From the NCBI RefSeq assembly GCF_964355755.1, contig NC_092679.1, positions 23,047,432 to 23,111,431 on the forward strand: a stretch of DNA of 64,000 bases, read 5' to 3'. Below, piece after piece: positions 11,801-23,900 of this stretch (position 1 is the first letter of the stretch; the number at the start of each line of letters is the position of its first letter). The notes below the pieces were generated by a model. It searched no databases, was not told the origin of the DNA, and was given only the letters and a program-made list of their open reading frames with translations. The DNA is from Antedon mediterranea (lineage: Eukaryota; Animalia; Echinodermata). The position numbers and the translations under genes are program-made.

Positions 11801-13510
11801 ATTGCTACTTTATTGACATCTCACAAGTATACACACAGAACGCCAGCATGCGGCCACTTGGTTGCAGTAAGTATACATATACCCATTGCTACTTTATTGA
11901 CATCTCACAAGTATACACACAGAATGCCAGTATGCGGCCACTTGGTTGCAGTAAGTATACACATACCCATTGCTACTTTATTGACATCTCACAAGTATAC
12001 ACACAGAATGGCAGCATGCGGCCACTTGGTTGCAGTAAGTATACACATATCCATTGCTACTTTATTGACATCTCACAAGTATACACACAGAATACCAGCA
12101 TGCGGCCACTTGGTTGCAGTAAGTATACATATACCCATTGCTACTTTATTGACATCTCACGTATATTTGTTTTTACATAATTTAAATAATTACAGTAATT
12201 TAGAGGTTTTGCAATCTTACGAATGATAACGAAAACAGATATGTCACCATTAACGTTTTATAGGTATGATATTAATTGGCTATGATGAAGAGAAAGGGCC
12301 TCAGGTATTCAAGACTGACCCTGCTGGTTATTTCTGTGGCTACAAAGCTACTAGTGTAGGAGTTAAACAAACTGAAGCCAACAGCTTTCTGGAGAAGAAA
12401 CTAAAAAAGAAACAAGATTGGTCATATGAACAAACAGTTGAGGTAAATTTAAAATCCAGGAGGGTTGGAATATCTGTAGGAGGGTGGGAATATCCGTGGA
12501 AGGGTGGGAATATCCGTGGAAGGGTGGGAATATCCGTGGAAGGGTGGGAATATCCGTGGAAGGGTGGGAATATCTGTGGAAGGGTGGGAATATCTGTGGA
12601 AGGGTGGGAATATCCGTGGAAAGGTGGGAATATCGGGATGGGTGGGAATATATTGAGAAGTGTGGGAATATACAGAGAATGGTGGGAATATATGGAGAAT
12701 GGTGGGAATATCCGGAGAAGGGTGGGAAAATTATAGATTTTTTCTATTTTCTATTCTTCCAATGCAGAAAAAAAATGCACAATGTTGGCAAGATTAATAA
12801 CTGTGTTTTAAAATTATTTTTTTTTGTTTTTTTAGACTGCTATTAAATGTTTAAGCACCATATTATCAGCAGATTTTAAACCATCAGATATTGAAGTGGC
12901 GGTCGTAACTAAAGAAAATCCTAAATTTAGGTAAATATTTAGAATTTGTCTGACACAAGTTCTGTCTACACTATCAAACTTAATGTGACACAAAAATGTG
13001 ATGTGCCCATATATGGACCATATTTATTTATTTATTTTTTTATTCAATCGAAACCAACAGCGATAATTACCGCCACTAACAGGTTTGATACAAACAAAGC
13101 CAGGACTGTTTAAAGCACCTTGATTGGTCCTAACAATGATCAAGGGCTTCTCTCGTCCAGTGCCAACCTTGACCAGAGGTCTGAGGCAGATACTAGATGC
13201 AGGGCACATCACTACTATATTTGGCCACATCACTACTTATTAGTATAAGTACCATATTTGGGCACATCACATTTTTTTGTCAAACAGATAGGAAAAAAAT
13301 TAAGTAATTGTATTCTCAGACGATTAATAAATAAATTAAAAACTATTTACCCAAAGGCCATATAATATTTTTATGCCCCTAAAAATACACATTAGTTTTA
13401 TACTTATTTAATATATATTAATTATTTTAACTTTATTATTTTTTTTTCCTAGGGTTTTAACAGAAGCAGAAATTGATGAACGTTTAGTTTCTCTAGCAGA
13501 GAAGGACTAA
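5807..13510 (+). CDS. PSMA6: Proteasome subunit alpha type-6 (20S alpha-1), 246 aa, 7 coding exons
   Basis: Exons 5807-5882, 8463-8557, 8836-8917, 9185-9340, 12264-12442, 12836-12930, 13453-13510 (741 nt, all GT-AG, frame continuous). Translation [34 protein letters not shown]...[63 protein letters not shown]...[17 protein letters not shown] matches the alpha-1 family. Confidence 0.97.
6170..7337 (+). mobile_element. 5'-truncated LINE (L2/CR1-type) 3' end, interrupted by a MITE
   Basis: From 6189 it reads [21 protein letters not shown], typical of the C-terminus of CR1/L2-type ORF2. A T-rich 3' UTR follows and ends in AATAAA near 7331-7336. Confidence 0.6.
6332..7082. mobile_element. Mutator-like MITE, 751 bp, ~80-bp TIRs, 9-bp TSD
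   Basis: TIRs cgccgtggttaggattccggcaccggaactc...gcgcatgcccagagc and gctctgggcatgcgc...gagttccggtgccggaatcctaaccacagcg. Identical TTGTTATTA flanks at 6323-6331 and 7083-7091. A 9-bp TSD with long TIRs is characteristic of MULEs. Confidence 0.85.
7350..7511. repeat. ~160-bp near-perfect hairpin, probably the end of a non-autonomous element extending to ~8250
   Basis: caaataatgaatgttt...gtaatggtacaaataatggcac..ggtgaatgatgaaaggttatat pairs with atataacctttcatcattcacc..gtgccattatttgtaccattac...aaacattcattatttg around an acgaggcaaagccgagt centre. Confidence 0.8.
9358..11458. mobile_element. Non-autonomous hAT-like DNA transposon, 2101 bp, 16-bp TIR, 5-bp TSD
   Basis: Perfect TIRs CAGGGCTGCAAATTAA (9358-9373) and TTAATTTGCAGCCCTG (11443-11458). 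ATACC is duplicated on both sides (9353-9357, 11459-11463). Subterminal palindrome ggtcgcatttgcgacc. No transposase ORF. Confidence 0.85.
11459..12160 (+). repeat. 84-bp minisatellite (~8.3 copies) made of the last 52 nt of PSMA6 exon 4 plus its 5' splice site
   Basis: Unit gacatctcacaagtatacacacagaatgccagcatgcggccacttggttgca|gtaagtatacatatacccattgctactttatt matches 9289-9357. GTAAGT donors at 11531, 11615, 11699, 11783, 11867, 11951, 12035 and 12119. Confidence 0.95.
12459..12728 (+). repeat. 20-bp G-rich minisatellite (ggaagggtgggaatatccgt)n, ~13 copies, decaying 3'
   Basis: Direct tandem copies start 16 nt after the PSMA6 exon-5 donor. They explain the repetitive tails of ORFs 12266..12736 and 12484..12846. 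Confidence 0.9.
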
Positions 13511-14634
13511 AATCACATCACATTCAAACAACATTATTATAGTGTTCTTTTGAACATGTCAATTTACACCGTTTGGAATAATAATATTAAATTGAAATTT
13601 CATATTTGAATTTCATAATATAATCAGAGACATATAGTAATATATCTCTGAAACAATATTATTTAACCAAGTTTAAGAATATTGATAAACTAAAATTAGA
13701 TTATTTATAAATATTCATAAGGTGTATTTTGTATACATTTATAAACCATGGAACACTGCTTAATTCATAAAAACTTATTGAAAATTCATAAAAATTCCAA
13801 TAAATATTTGAGGTAAGTTCTTAATTCATATTAATGTCTGTAACCATCCACAGCCCACTTACTGATTACTAAGTAACTGAAAATAAAGGATACATGTTTA
13901 GTACAAACTTGTGTAAGATTGAACTCCTTTTTATTTGAAACTCACGAATGAAATCAATTCACATGACATGTTGGACATAATACATGGATATGATGATGTC
14001 ATATCACTACCATATTTGGTCACATCACACTAGTTTGATAGTGCAGACAGAGCTTAAGAAACATTTCTTCTCTAAATCCGTTTGCCACTACTAAAGCGAT
14101 TTTTTTTTTGGGCGAAATTAGGAATTGCAAACTCATTTACTTTCTATGAGTATTAATAACGACGACAAATGGTTCTGTTCAATGATGATTGTCCCCACAC
14201 AAAAATGCACTAATAATCAATTATTTTATTTAGTCCAACACACGGTCGTTTATTTCTGGATTCGAGCGCAACTTTTATACGTATGAAACGCCATGTGTAC
14301 CAAAATATTTATCTTTTTGCAAAGTGGATCCCCCCCAAAAAATGTGATATGCTCATATATAGAAGTGCATAAAACATTACGCGCGCTTTCATCCGCCGTG
14401 TGTAAAACTATTTATCGCCCTCTATATGTAGGTCACGCAAGACCTTCGCGTCGTTTACTTAGCTACACACTGCTGCGAGCCTGCAAATACAATACATTAT
14501 TATAATAACTATTGACAACGTATAGAGAAAAAACACTCGACAAAAGAAGCGAACGGAATAGAAGATTAGCGTATCTTGCATACAGTAATGAAGCATTTAA
14601 ATATAGTTTACTAGACATAGCAACGAAAGAAAAA

Positions 14635-17600
14635 ATGACTACCCGAATGTCTATACCCATGCAAAGATGGGGTACGGAATACAATCCTATAGCCCTCGAT
14701 GATAGGTGAGTAAAAAAATGTTATCTTCTTAAATGATTTTTACTTTTATTATTTAACGGCGTTAATTTACTCTTGATTTTAGAAAACCCTGACTGGTTGA
14801 GTTCTGTTACGGTGTGTGGAAATTTATAAGACATGCGTTTTCATAGACTATTATTAGGCACAATTTGTTGCAGATGGTAACCAGTTTGTACATATTTATT
14901 TGAATCAATTTCGATTACTTGTAGTTATTAATTAAACTAATGGACAAATATGCGAATACAGTATCCAACGACCAACCTCTATTCAGACAAATCCAACTCC
15001 CGAACCACTACATAAGAGGCCTAGTCTCATAAATTAGGACAAAAACAATATTATAGGTAAATGGTCTTTGCAATTGCTGATTGAACAAATCTGTAGTCAT
15101 TAACCCTTCAACATACCTCCGTTGTCAGTTTTCAAATTTGATAACAAACTCTTGTGTCAACCATATCTTAAATAAACATAACTTAAATACACTTTATTAT
15201 CATTTTCGTTAAATCGTACCATCCAAATGCACAAACATTCTTATGACCCATGCGTTCTTTTGAAAGCACCTTTAGGTAATGTGTAGGCCTACGATATATT
15301 TAAAAAAATATTTATTTGAAAAAGATTCACAATATACTTTAATTCACAAACATTGTAAAACATTATACATAATAATATATAAGAGCAATCAGAGAGTTGC
15401 ATCCTCCTCCAGGAGTGAAAAAAGAATTAAGAATCGTGATAAAGATCTCAAAATTAATGATAGAGTATATATACATAAATGGTTTTAAAAAGATTCACAT
15501 ACATAAATTATAATTTGATACATATATCATTTCTCACTTTATTGGTTTGAGTAGGTTTAACGATTGATATCCTTTGCGGGAGGCAAGCAGGTATTTATTG
15601 CCCTTTTGCTCTTCACGTTTGATTTGTAAAAACACAACTAAAACACGACAGCTTAAAAACAAAAAGCTCAGTAGTCTTTATGTAAATACAAAAGTATTTA
15701 ATAACCATTGAAGAGAATGTTATAAAATAAACCCAGTAAATTCAGGCACTCTAGTGTCAAACATATTTTGAACACAATTTGTAGAGTTGTTGGTCAAGTT
15801 AAGAAGGTTTGTGATCCATTGTGTTATGCCTGCCAGTCTCTACAGTAGTCGGAATTGTCCACTTAAAAAAACAATTCTTAACTTCATAAAATGCATAGGA
15901 CTACTTGGTTTTCCTGACGGGAACCAACTTGTTTTTTTCTTCTAATTAATTGTATATTATTTCTTCACCCTTATGTAATTCTATTATTAAGTAAGACACA
16001 CACGCTGTTTACAAACAAAAACAAGTTTGTTATCGAGATACAACTATACAAAAGATGCAAACAATGAACAAACTTAAGGCTTAAGTCTATTGTGTTAAGA
16101 CTCGCTAGACCGCGTCCTGTTGTCTAGCAACAACAGCATGTGAGTTGAAAAGGGAATTAGCTTTGCAAGAACGTCTATTGTTAATAGGCCTAGAATATAA
16201 ATTATACAATAGTTGAAATAGTTTAGACGTACACCTGGGTAATCGGCTATCTTGTGTGTTGATCTGAAGAGGAAATAAATACGCCAAAAAATAAATAATT
16301 TCCAGGTTTATAGTGTAATTACGTAGTAGAAACTGCGTGGGGAATTGTACATGGGATTATTGGGAAGCACATTCCATGTTGCTAATGTATTTAACTGATC
16401 ATTAGAGACCATGAGAACAACACAATATAATAAAAAGAAATATCTAAAAAATATAGGCCTAATAGTACAATTAATTGGCCATTTGAGAGAAATGGTTTTA
16501 AGAAATACGTTAAGGAAGATTAAGTTGACTTTATATATTATGAATTTATGATTTTGAAACAGTTTTTTTAGACAATTTGACGATTTCTTTCCAACACCAT
16601 AGTCCAGCGCTTTTATAGTATGTGCTGTATATAAAGCGAAATATAAATAGGTCTTATGATGTAGTTAAACGTTTACCATTAATATTTATTATTCACATGT
16701 TTAAATCATTTGCTTTATAGAATTGCTTATGGAAATATACCCAAATGGATTGTACAAGGAATTGATATACCGAATCTTTACGATCCGAATTCAAACTTTC
16801 AAAAACAGACAATGGTAAGTAAAAGTGTGATCTTTATCAGATTTAATCATCAGGTTTTTTTGTTTTCTAGTGTGGTTAATTGTTGTACGAACCTTCGTGA
16901 CAAGATTTCGTCACTAATAATATAAAAGAAAGACATATCATATGGTTACTGTTTTATTTTCAATTGTGTTTTTAAAATAATGTCGTTTTTCCATTGCTTT
17001 AGCTTCCGCCTCTCTACGCTGGTAATAAAACAGGAATCATACAGATGAGTGACGTTCGAACCCCGCGCCAACCGGATCCCCGTAAAATGGTTAAAGCATT
17101 CTCAATCAAGACACGTGACTTACCGTGGGCAAAGGGTGATGAGATGTCAACATATTGTAAGTATTTTTCACGCTGCTGCTTTAGCCCGCTACGTCCCATT
17201 AGGACTACTCAATCGGAAGCTAAAGCAAGCAGCAGTTATAGTTCTAAGGACAGACAGTTTTGTGAAAATGGAAACTCCACTATGATTTATTGATTCCAGC
17301 TGATACAGTAGACCCAAAAAACGTCTGGAAAAGAGTCTATTAGGACATGTCATGCTAAAATTACAAATCCCTAAGCATTTCTGGTATATTCACTGTCAGA
17401 TATTCATTGAATTATTTTCGAAACAGTCCATTAAAGTTTGTGTTTGTAATAGGATACTTCACAATTGAAATATCTAGGGTGATGAAGTGACCCCCAGATT
17501 TGACCTTAGCAATAAAATTAACTAAAGTGACAGAAATTGAGTATTCACTTCTGTAACAAAAAAATAATATTTATTCACATATAAAAAAAGAAAAGAAACC

Positions 17601-18659
17601 CAAAAACCATTGTCTGACAGACAATTTAAGTATTTGTTGCTTTAAATTACATTTTATTTCAGGTAAAATAACTATTATGTGACAATAAAATGACACATTC
17701 AAAAACATTTGAAATAAGAAATATTTTTCAATAAGCGAGCAGCGTTTTTTGTAAGAAATATTTCTTGTTTATTAAGTGATAGGCCTATTGGTTATTATTG
17801 TGAGGTTATTAAAATTCGTTTATTCGCTAAATGCTTGCCATGGCTTGGCCGCCCATATACGACTCACTTTCAAAGTAAACAAAGATACGTTATATTATGG
17901 ATCTTTGGTTTTACACACGACGCGCAAAGCTACTACAACAGTTATTTGCACATGTTGATATATTTCTGAACATGCGCAGAATGTTTTTTTTTCTTTTTCG
18001 CATTCCGAAGTTCTAAGAGTTCCCCATAAATCTTTCGTTCTTGCTACCAATATTTGAAATCTGTTAAATGAATTTAACAATAACCACTATATATAATATA
18101 TTGTTTTCATTTTTAATGCCTAATAAAATGAATGTGCAATTAGTGGATTCACCGTACGCATATGCTACGTCACACCTAGGTAAACAACCAAATAGATCAT
18201 GGAAATTTAATGTTTATAATCAGCACGCCAAGAGTGGATTCAAGTTTTGGGTTGAGGAGAAACAGCCAGTAAATAGTAAGTAGAAATGGAGACATGATGC
18301 AGTACTGCGAATACTGTGACTCAATCATAGTCATTTTCTCTACAAAAAAAACTAGAGGGCGCTAATCTAACGCAATACGTCAACTTGAAGGCGCTATTTT
18401 TTAGCGCCCTCAAGTTTCATTTATTTCACTTTACTAATAACTTGTTTAAAATTGATGTATTTTGTAGGAAAAATCTGCGTATTTTGATCTCATGTCCACA
18501 AACAGGACTCGGATGTTGATCCATGGTATTATATAAGAAGACAATTTAGGCCTAAACTTAATTTTTTTGTTTGTTTGATTGTGTTTTTTAGGATCACAAA
18601 AATACACATTTGGATCTGCTAAGACGTTTCTTGGACTCGGAAATGCCCCAAGAAATTGA
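14635..18659 (+). CDS. Uncharacterised 189-aa protein, 6 coding exons
   Basis: Exons 14635-14705, 16721-16814, 17003-17156, 18144-18268, 18468-18525, 18592-18659 (570 nt, GT-AG, phases compatible). Translation MTTRMSIPMQRWGTEYNPIALDDRIAYGNIPKWIVQGIDIPNLYDPNSNFQKQTMLPPLYAGNKTGIIQMSDVRTPRQPDPRKMVKAFSIKTRDLPWAKGDEMSTYLDSPYAYATSHLGKQPNRSWKFNVYNQHAKSGFKFWVEEKQPEKSAYFDLMSTNRTRMLIHGSQKYTFGSAKTFLGLGNAPRN*. AATAAA signals near 18839 and 18873. Confidence 0.8.
17165..17770 (+). mobile_element. Helentron/DINE-1-like non-autonomous element (copy 1)
   Basis: ~600 bp nearly identical to 62594-63195. Starts in a T-run, has subterminal inverted repeats acgctgctgct / agcgagcagcgt and a 3' palindrome AAGAAATATTTCTT followed by gttt. 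No TSD. Inserted a few nt after the exon-3 donor. Confidence 0.7.
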
Positions 18660-20938
18660 GTAAAGCACTACGGCTACCAAAAATAACGTTGACATTATTA
18701 CCGTGTTGCCGTCTTGGCGCCAAGTATTGCATTCTTTAAATTATCGCACAAAAAAAATGTTTTGTGTACCAAGCAGTGAAGCGGGTATGGAGATGGGTTG
18801 AAAAGTAGTCTCTATGTATATAAGTATTGTCGTTGAAGAATAAATAAAAGTGTGATTAAATGATTGATCTCGAATAAAATACAAATTATATATTATTTTT
18901 TTCGCATTTACTGTTATGTCAAGTTCTATTGATACGGACGCCGTTTATCTTGAATCGAATGTACGTCTAGGCCATTCAAATGTTTGGAAACGAAATGAAC
19001 CAATGGAAGAATAGGCTTTCTTTAGTATGTTATAAGTGTTGATTGTACATTGTCTCGCAATAATATTACATTGTTTGTGTTATTAATAAAGTGTCTATTT
19101 CAATTTCGGTTGTGACGTGTACATTATGTCCTTTGACCTTTGTGCTAAAACGAATTGTATCGAGTACGGTACCCCCAGACCTCTTTTTGTACCAAGTATT
19201 TAGTAGTCAAAACACTATTACAATTTCCAGATAAATTGTCCAATGAGTTATGATCCATCTTCTAGTGGTATTTAATGTAACGTATCTAAAGATGGATGGT
19301 TGACTTCACATAGACACATGGAACCCACATTGTACCGATGTCTTCTTGTTCTGTAATGTTTGTGAATACTTTTGTCGTTTTAACATTGCACGACTAGCAT
19401 TCTTGATTATTTGTTTTATAACACCTAATTTTAACGAGAAACTAAGGTTGCTTTTTAACGCTTTCAACGGAATTGTTATTGAATATTATTTGAACCACAA
19501 TCCTCCAATCAATTATGACAAGACTTTTACTCAGCTGTGAGTTACTATAACATACTATTTCAAGTATAAAACCCTTGTTTCCTTTTAAAGACAATAATGT
19601 TATAAGAATTTATCTAAATTTTTAATGGATAAGAAAACGTTTAATAAACAATTTCCGGCTTATTTTTCAGTAGTTTCATGTCATTAGTTGAAACATGGTT
19701 GAAACTCATGTTCAAATAAGTTACCGAAAATGAAATTGAAACCCGGCTATACAAACAAATGGAAACTAACTAAATGGAAAATTCATTCCTATGTATTCAC
19801 ACGCAAGGCTGTTTCGGGGACTAAATTGTTACATCTCATAGGCGTTCAATCCAACAATATGTGAATATTTGTTAGGCCTAGCAATATTGGATTGGATGAA
19901 AATATTTAAAAAAAAATAAGATTGTGGATCTAATCTAAAACTGGATATATTTACAAGACTTAAAGGGCGGAAGTGCTTTGTTTGTACGTTGGGATTGTTT
20001 GTTCGTGTTTTTCTTTTTACATTATGTCTGCTCAATGAACGTAGGTACTGTTTTCCGAGTGTTTTTCTCATTTCTACCATGATATTTGATGATTTTTATT
20101 AGAAACTACCCCATTAAAGACCATTCTATTAAAACTGTTTCTAAATTGATGTGCTGACGTGCTGGTTCCATTCCAGTCCATGTCCGTAAGGTCTGCTGAA
20201 TGACCGTAAGTACTGTTTTCTCATTTATTCTACAATATCTGATGACTTATATTAGGAACTACTGCAATTAAAGACCATTTTATTAGAACTGTTTTAAATA
20301 GATGTGTTTTAGTGTTGTTTTCAATTTATTCTCAGCCTATATGTTTGTTGTATTACTGTATATTCATTTTGTTTTTACACAATGACTGATATATGTTGAA
20401 AACCGTTTAATAAAAAAAAACTAAGCGTTTTAGACTATAATCAATAATGCCATTTTTATCAATTTTTGAGCTTAAAAAACAGCGTGATATAAATGTTTTA
20501 TAATACGTATATGTGCTATTATTAACCAGTAACGTTTAGATTTGTTAATTTGAAAAGAATGTTTAATGTTATGCTCACTTTCCTTTTTAATTCTAAAACG
20601 ACGTTTACTAGAAATGCTACGAATTAATTTAGGCCCATATTATCATACAGTTACTGAATATAGGTTATGGAAATTTAAAGACGTAAGATGCAGATTTTTG
20701 GTCAAAGCAGGATATTTGTTTCAACTTGAATATAATGTTCTTTACTTTAATAAACAAATTGAAAATAATTTCAGGTCTAATCTAAGGTCTAATCATCTGA
20801 AATTAGTATTTTTAAAATAACCGTATACTATCAGTAATTTCTACGATTTCAACATTTTTTTTTTCAATTTTCTTCAGATTGTGCAGTAACAAATATCTAT
20901 TGCTTTTTATTGTACACCGTAGATAGATATTTCTTAAC

Positions 20939-23900
20939 ATGATGAACAGAACAGAATTGTATACAGAAATTAACACGACGATAGACGAAGATGAAAACAA
21001 TTCAGGTATGACGAACATTACCTATATATATTATTTCAATCTCTTCAAATACGAATTTATCATCTTTCTGATGTGAAAAAAAAATCCATTTTCGTTCTTT
21101 ATTTAGGGAATGAAGTAATGTGGGTGATGGCTGCGTCAATGGGTGGCGGCGTTGTTCTTATCGTCATGTTGACTATCTGTTGTTTACTGATAAAAAGGTT
21201 GGTACACTATTGATTGAAATAAATAACAGATTCATCATAAAGTTGATATTAGAACTGAAAAATAATAAAGTGTTACAGGCACTACAAAAGTATGAATTTG
21301 TATTACAAAGTATGAATTTCAAAACAAAATACGATATGGCAGTTATAAGTGTGATTATTGTGACAAATTGTATTACAATGTGTGACAGTTTTATAACAAA
21401 CATCTTCTAAATAAACAATTTATAAACAATTATCAATACATACTGCACTTGAAAACGAACTAATCCCAGTCATACAATCTTCAAATTCTTATCTAGAACA
21501 ATAAGAAGAAGAAAGTGTGCCAAGATGCATTTACAAGCAGACGATTTCTGGCTGACAGGAGCAGTTCGGTCTTCAAGTACTTCTATGCCGCGTCCTCCAT
21601 CGGCATCCTCATCAGTACCCATATCTCCGGAAACCACAATTGTATGTAAGTATTTGTTTAAAGGGATAATGTAAACCTTTCGAGAGTTTATGATAATAAC
21701 ATAAAGCAACTGTTATTAGTGAGTGAGTGGCCGAGCGGTTAAGACAGTGGAACCGTAATCACGTAGCCATAACATCGGCAGGGGTTCGAGGCTCACTCAC
21801 TCCATGGTTCTGGTGGTAGAACGAGTCTTCTCGGATAAGGACTATAAACCGTAGGTCCAGTGTACACAACTTGCTCGTGTGCACTTTAAAGAACCTAGTA
21901 CATCTTTCGAGACGAGTAAGGGGTTACCCCGGTGTATTAGTACATCACAGCCACTGATCACCAACTGGGCCCTCTGGGAGATCAGTCTTTGACTGAAGAG
22001 GTCACCCAGTATAAAGATAATACAAAAAAACAAAAAAACAAAATTAAGGCACGAGGAACTAAATACTATGCAATCTTCGCCCGCAGAAACCGAAAGCAGT
22101 AAGTCGTCTTGACAAATGTTTTGTAGTCAAACAATGAACTTTCGGATGTACCAATTTTATATGTAAATCTCTCGCAATTCAGTTTTATTTTATATATACT
22201 GCAAAGAGAAATATTGAATAAAAGCAGAATGAATAGAATAGAATAGAATAAAAAAAGTCAAATTGCTGTGTAGAATATTGAATAACTGTGACGACGCAGC
22301 CACAATTCATTTACTGACATAAAGGAAAAACTCAAAGCTGCCCAGTACTATTAGAATCATAGCAATGTTACAGACTAAAACCCATAACTTTAACAATAAA
22401 ACATTCATTTTTAAACTTTCAGTAGAAAACCTATTAATTAATTCTCACCTCAAAGATGAACTCAAGAGCATTTTGATTGATAGAGACCGCCTTGATATCG
22501 GTGATATAATTGGACGAGGTAGGCCAAAAACTGTACTTTTATTTCTAGAAATTATGGGTTTACTACGTCATGTTCCAGCTCTATAGACAAGAAACCGAAA
22601 TATGTTTCCCACGTATGTCATATAAATTATACATGCTGTTTGTTAAATTTTAGTGGAGTGATGGTAATGTCTTCTTCCTCATACTTGTACATTTGTACAG
22701 TTAACTAACTTAATTTGCCGAAGTTAATGAGCACAATTTCCGAATATATAAAGATGCTCATTAGCAAGAATACTACTATAGAAGGCATTGAATGAACAAC
22801 ACCTTTTAAAACGTTTTAGGTGAATTTGGTTGTGTTAGGAATGCCAAGTTGTCAACAAAATCTGAATCTATCAGGCAAGTTGCTGTAAAAACAATCAAAG
22901 GTATTTGTATATTAATAGCGTGATATTGTCAATGATATTTTATATAGCTTATTGCATCTCTCTGATATTATGCTCTATTACTAATAGTTATTACTACTTT
23001 ATATGTTATTACTACCTATTATAACAACTACTGTACTATTATTATTACCCAACCCAATGAAAAAGAAAATGTCTAAAGCTCTGTTTACACTATAAAACTT
23101 TATGGGACAAAAAAAAATGTGATGTGCCCATATGGACATGATGATGTCTTTTTTGTCAAAATAGTGTAGACAGAGCTTTACTAATAGAAAAAAAATAAAA
23201 TACCTGTGTCTCATTACTTTATTTAGATAAGTACAGAATGCATGAGCTTGAGGATTTCTTACGAGAAGGAGCCATGTCAAGCGCACTCAAGCATGACAAT
23301 ATTCTTCAAGTTATTGGTAAAGTTTAAGAAATTCGTTTCAATAGGACTTTTTGAGAAAAAGCAGCTTAAAATAAAAGCAGTTTCACCAAAAGGTTTACAC
23401 AACCACATGTATGCAAAAATATTATGCTATATTTATTTTGAAGAATGCTCCAACAAAACCGCTGTTTTTCACTACAGTTTATCAGTTTTATGGTTTTTTT
23501 TTGTGTGTTCAGGAGTCGCTATCGCTAGTTCACCTGACTCTGACTACGTCAAACCCATAATCGTTATGCCGTTTATGAAGTTTGGTGATCTTCGAAAATA
23601 TTTACTCAAGTCGAAGAGATGGAATGGAAGAAAGGTAAGTTACTTGATCAAATATGTACCTATCATTTGCTTTCCACTTAAGGATGTCTTCTGAGTAGTG
23701 ATGGTTGGCAGTAGTGTAAAAATGTATACAGTCTTCCAATACTAGACACCTTTGGGCTGGACTTTGGACCTCAAAAAAAGTCTGGCTTTGAAAGAGTTTC
23801 CGGTTTTTAGAGAGTCCGATATTGGGAGAGTTGACTGTATTTCCTTTCTTTTTAATTCCAATGGAATGTGTTCTCTTAATGAGGTATTTCGGGATAAGAA

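Noticed and set aside
11477-12226. 249-aa and 222-aa repetitive ORFs
   Set aside because: Both are translations of the 84-bp intronic minisatellite, not independent genes.
14635-18659. Possible upstream ectodomain exons of the receptor kinase
   Set aside because: These exons close with their own stop at 18657-18659 and polyA signals, and encode no signal peptide or extracellular domain.
21721-21804. tRNA-like sequence
   Set aside because: It is the head of a SINE: it continues into a conserved core and A-rich tail, and the anticodon region is irregular.
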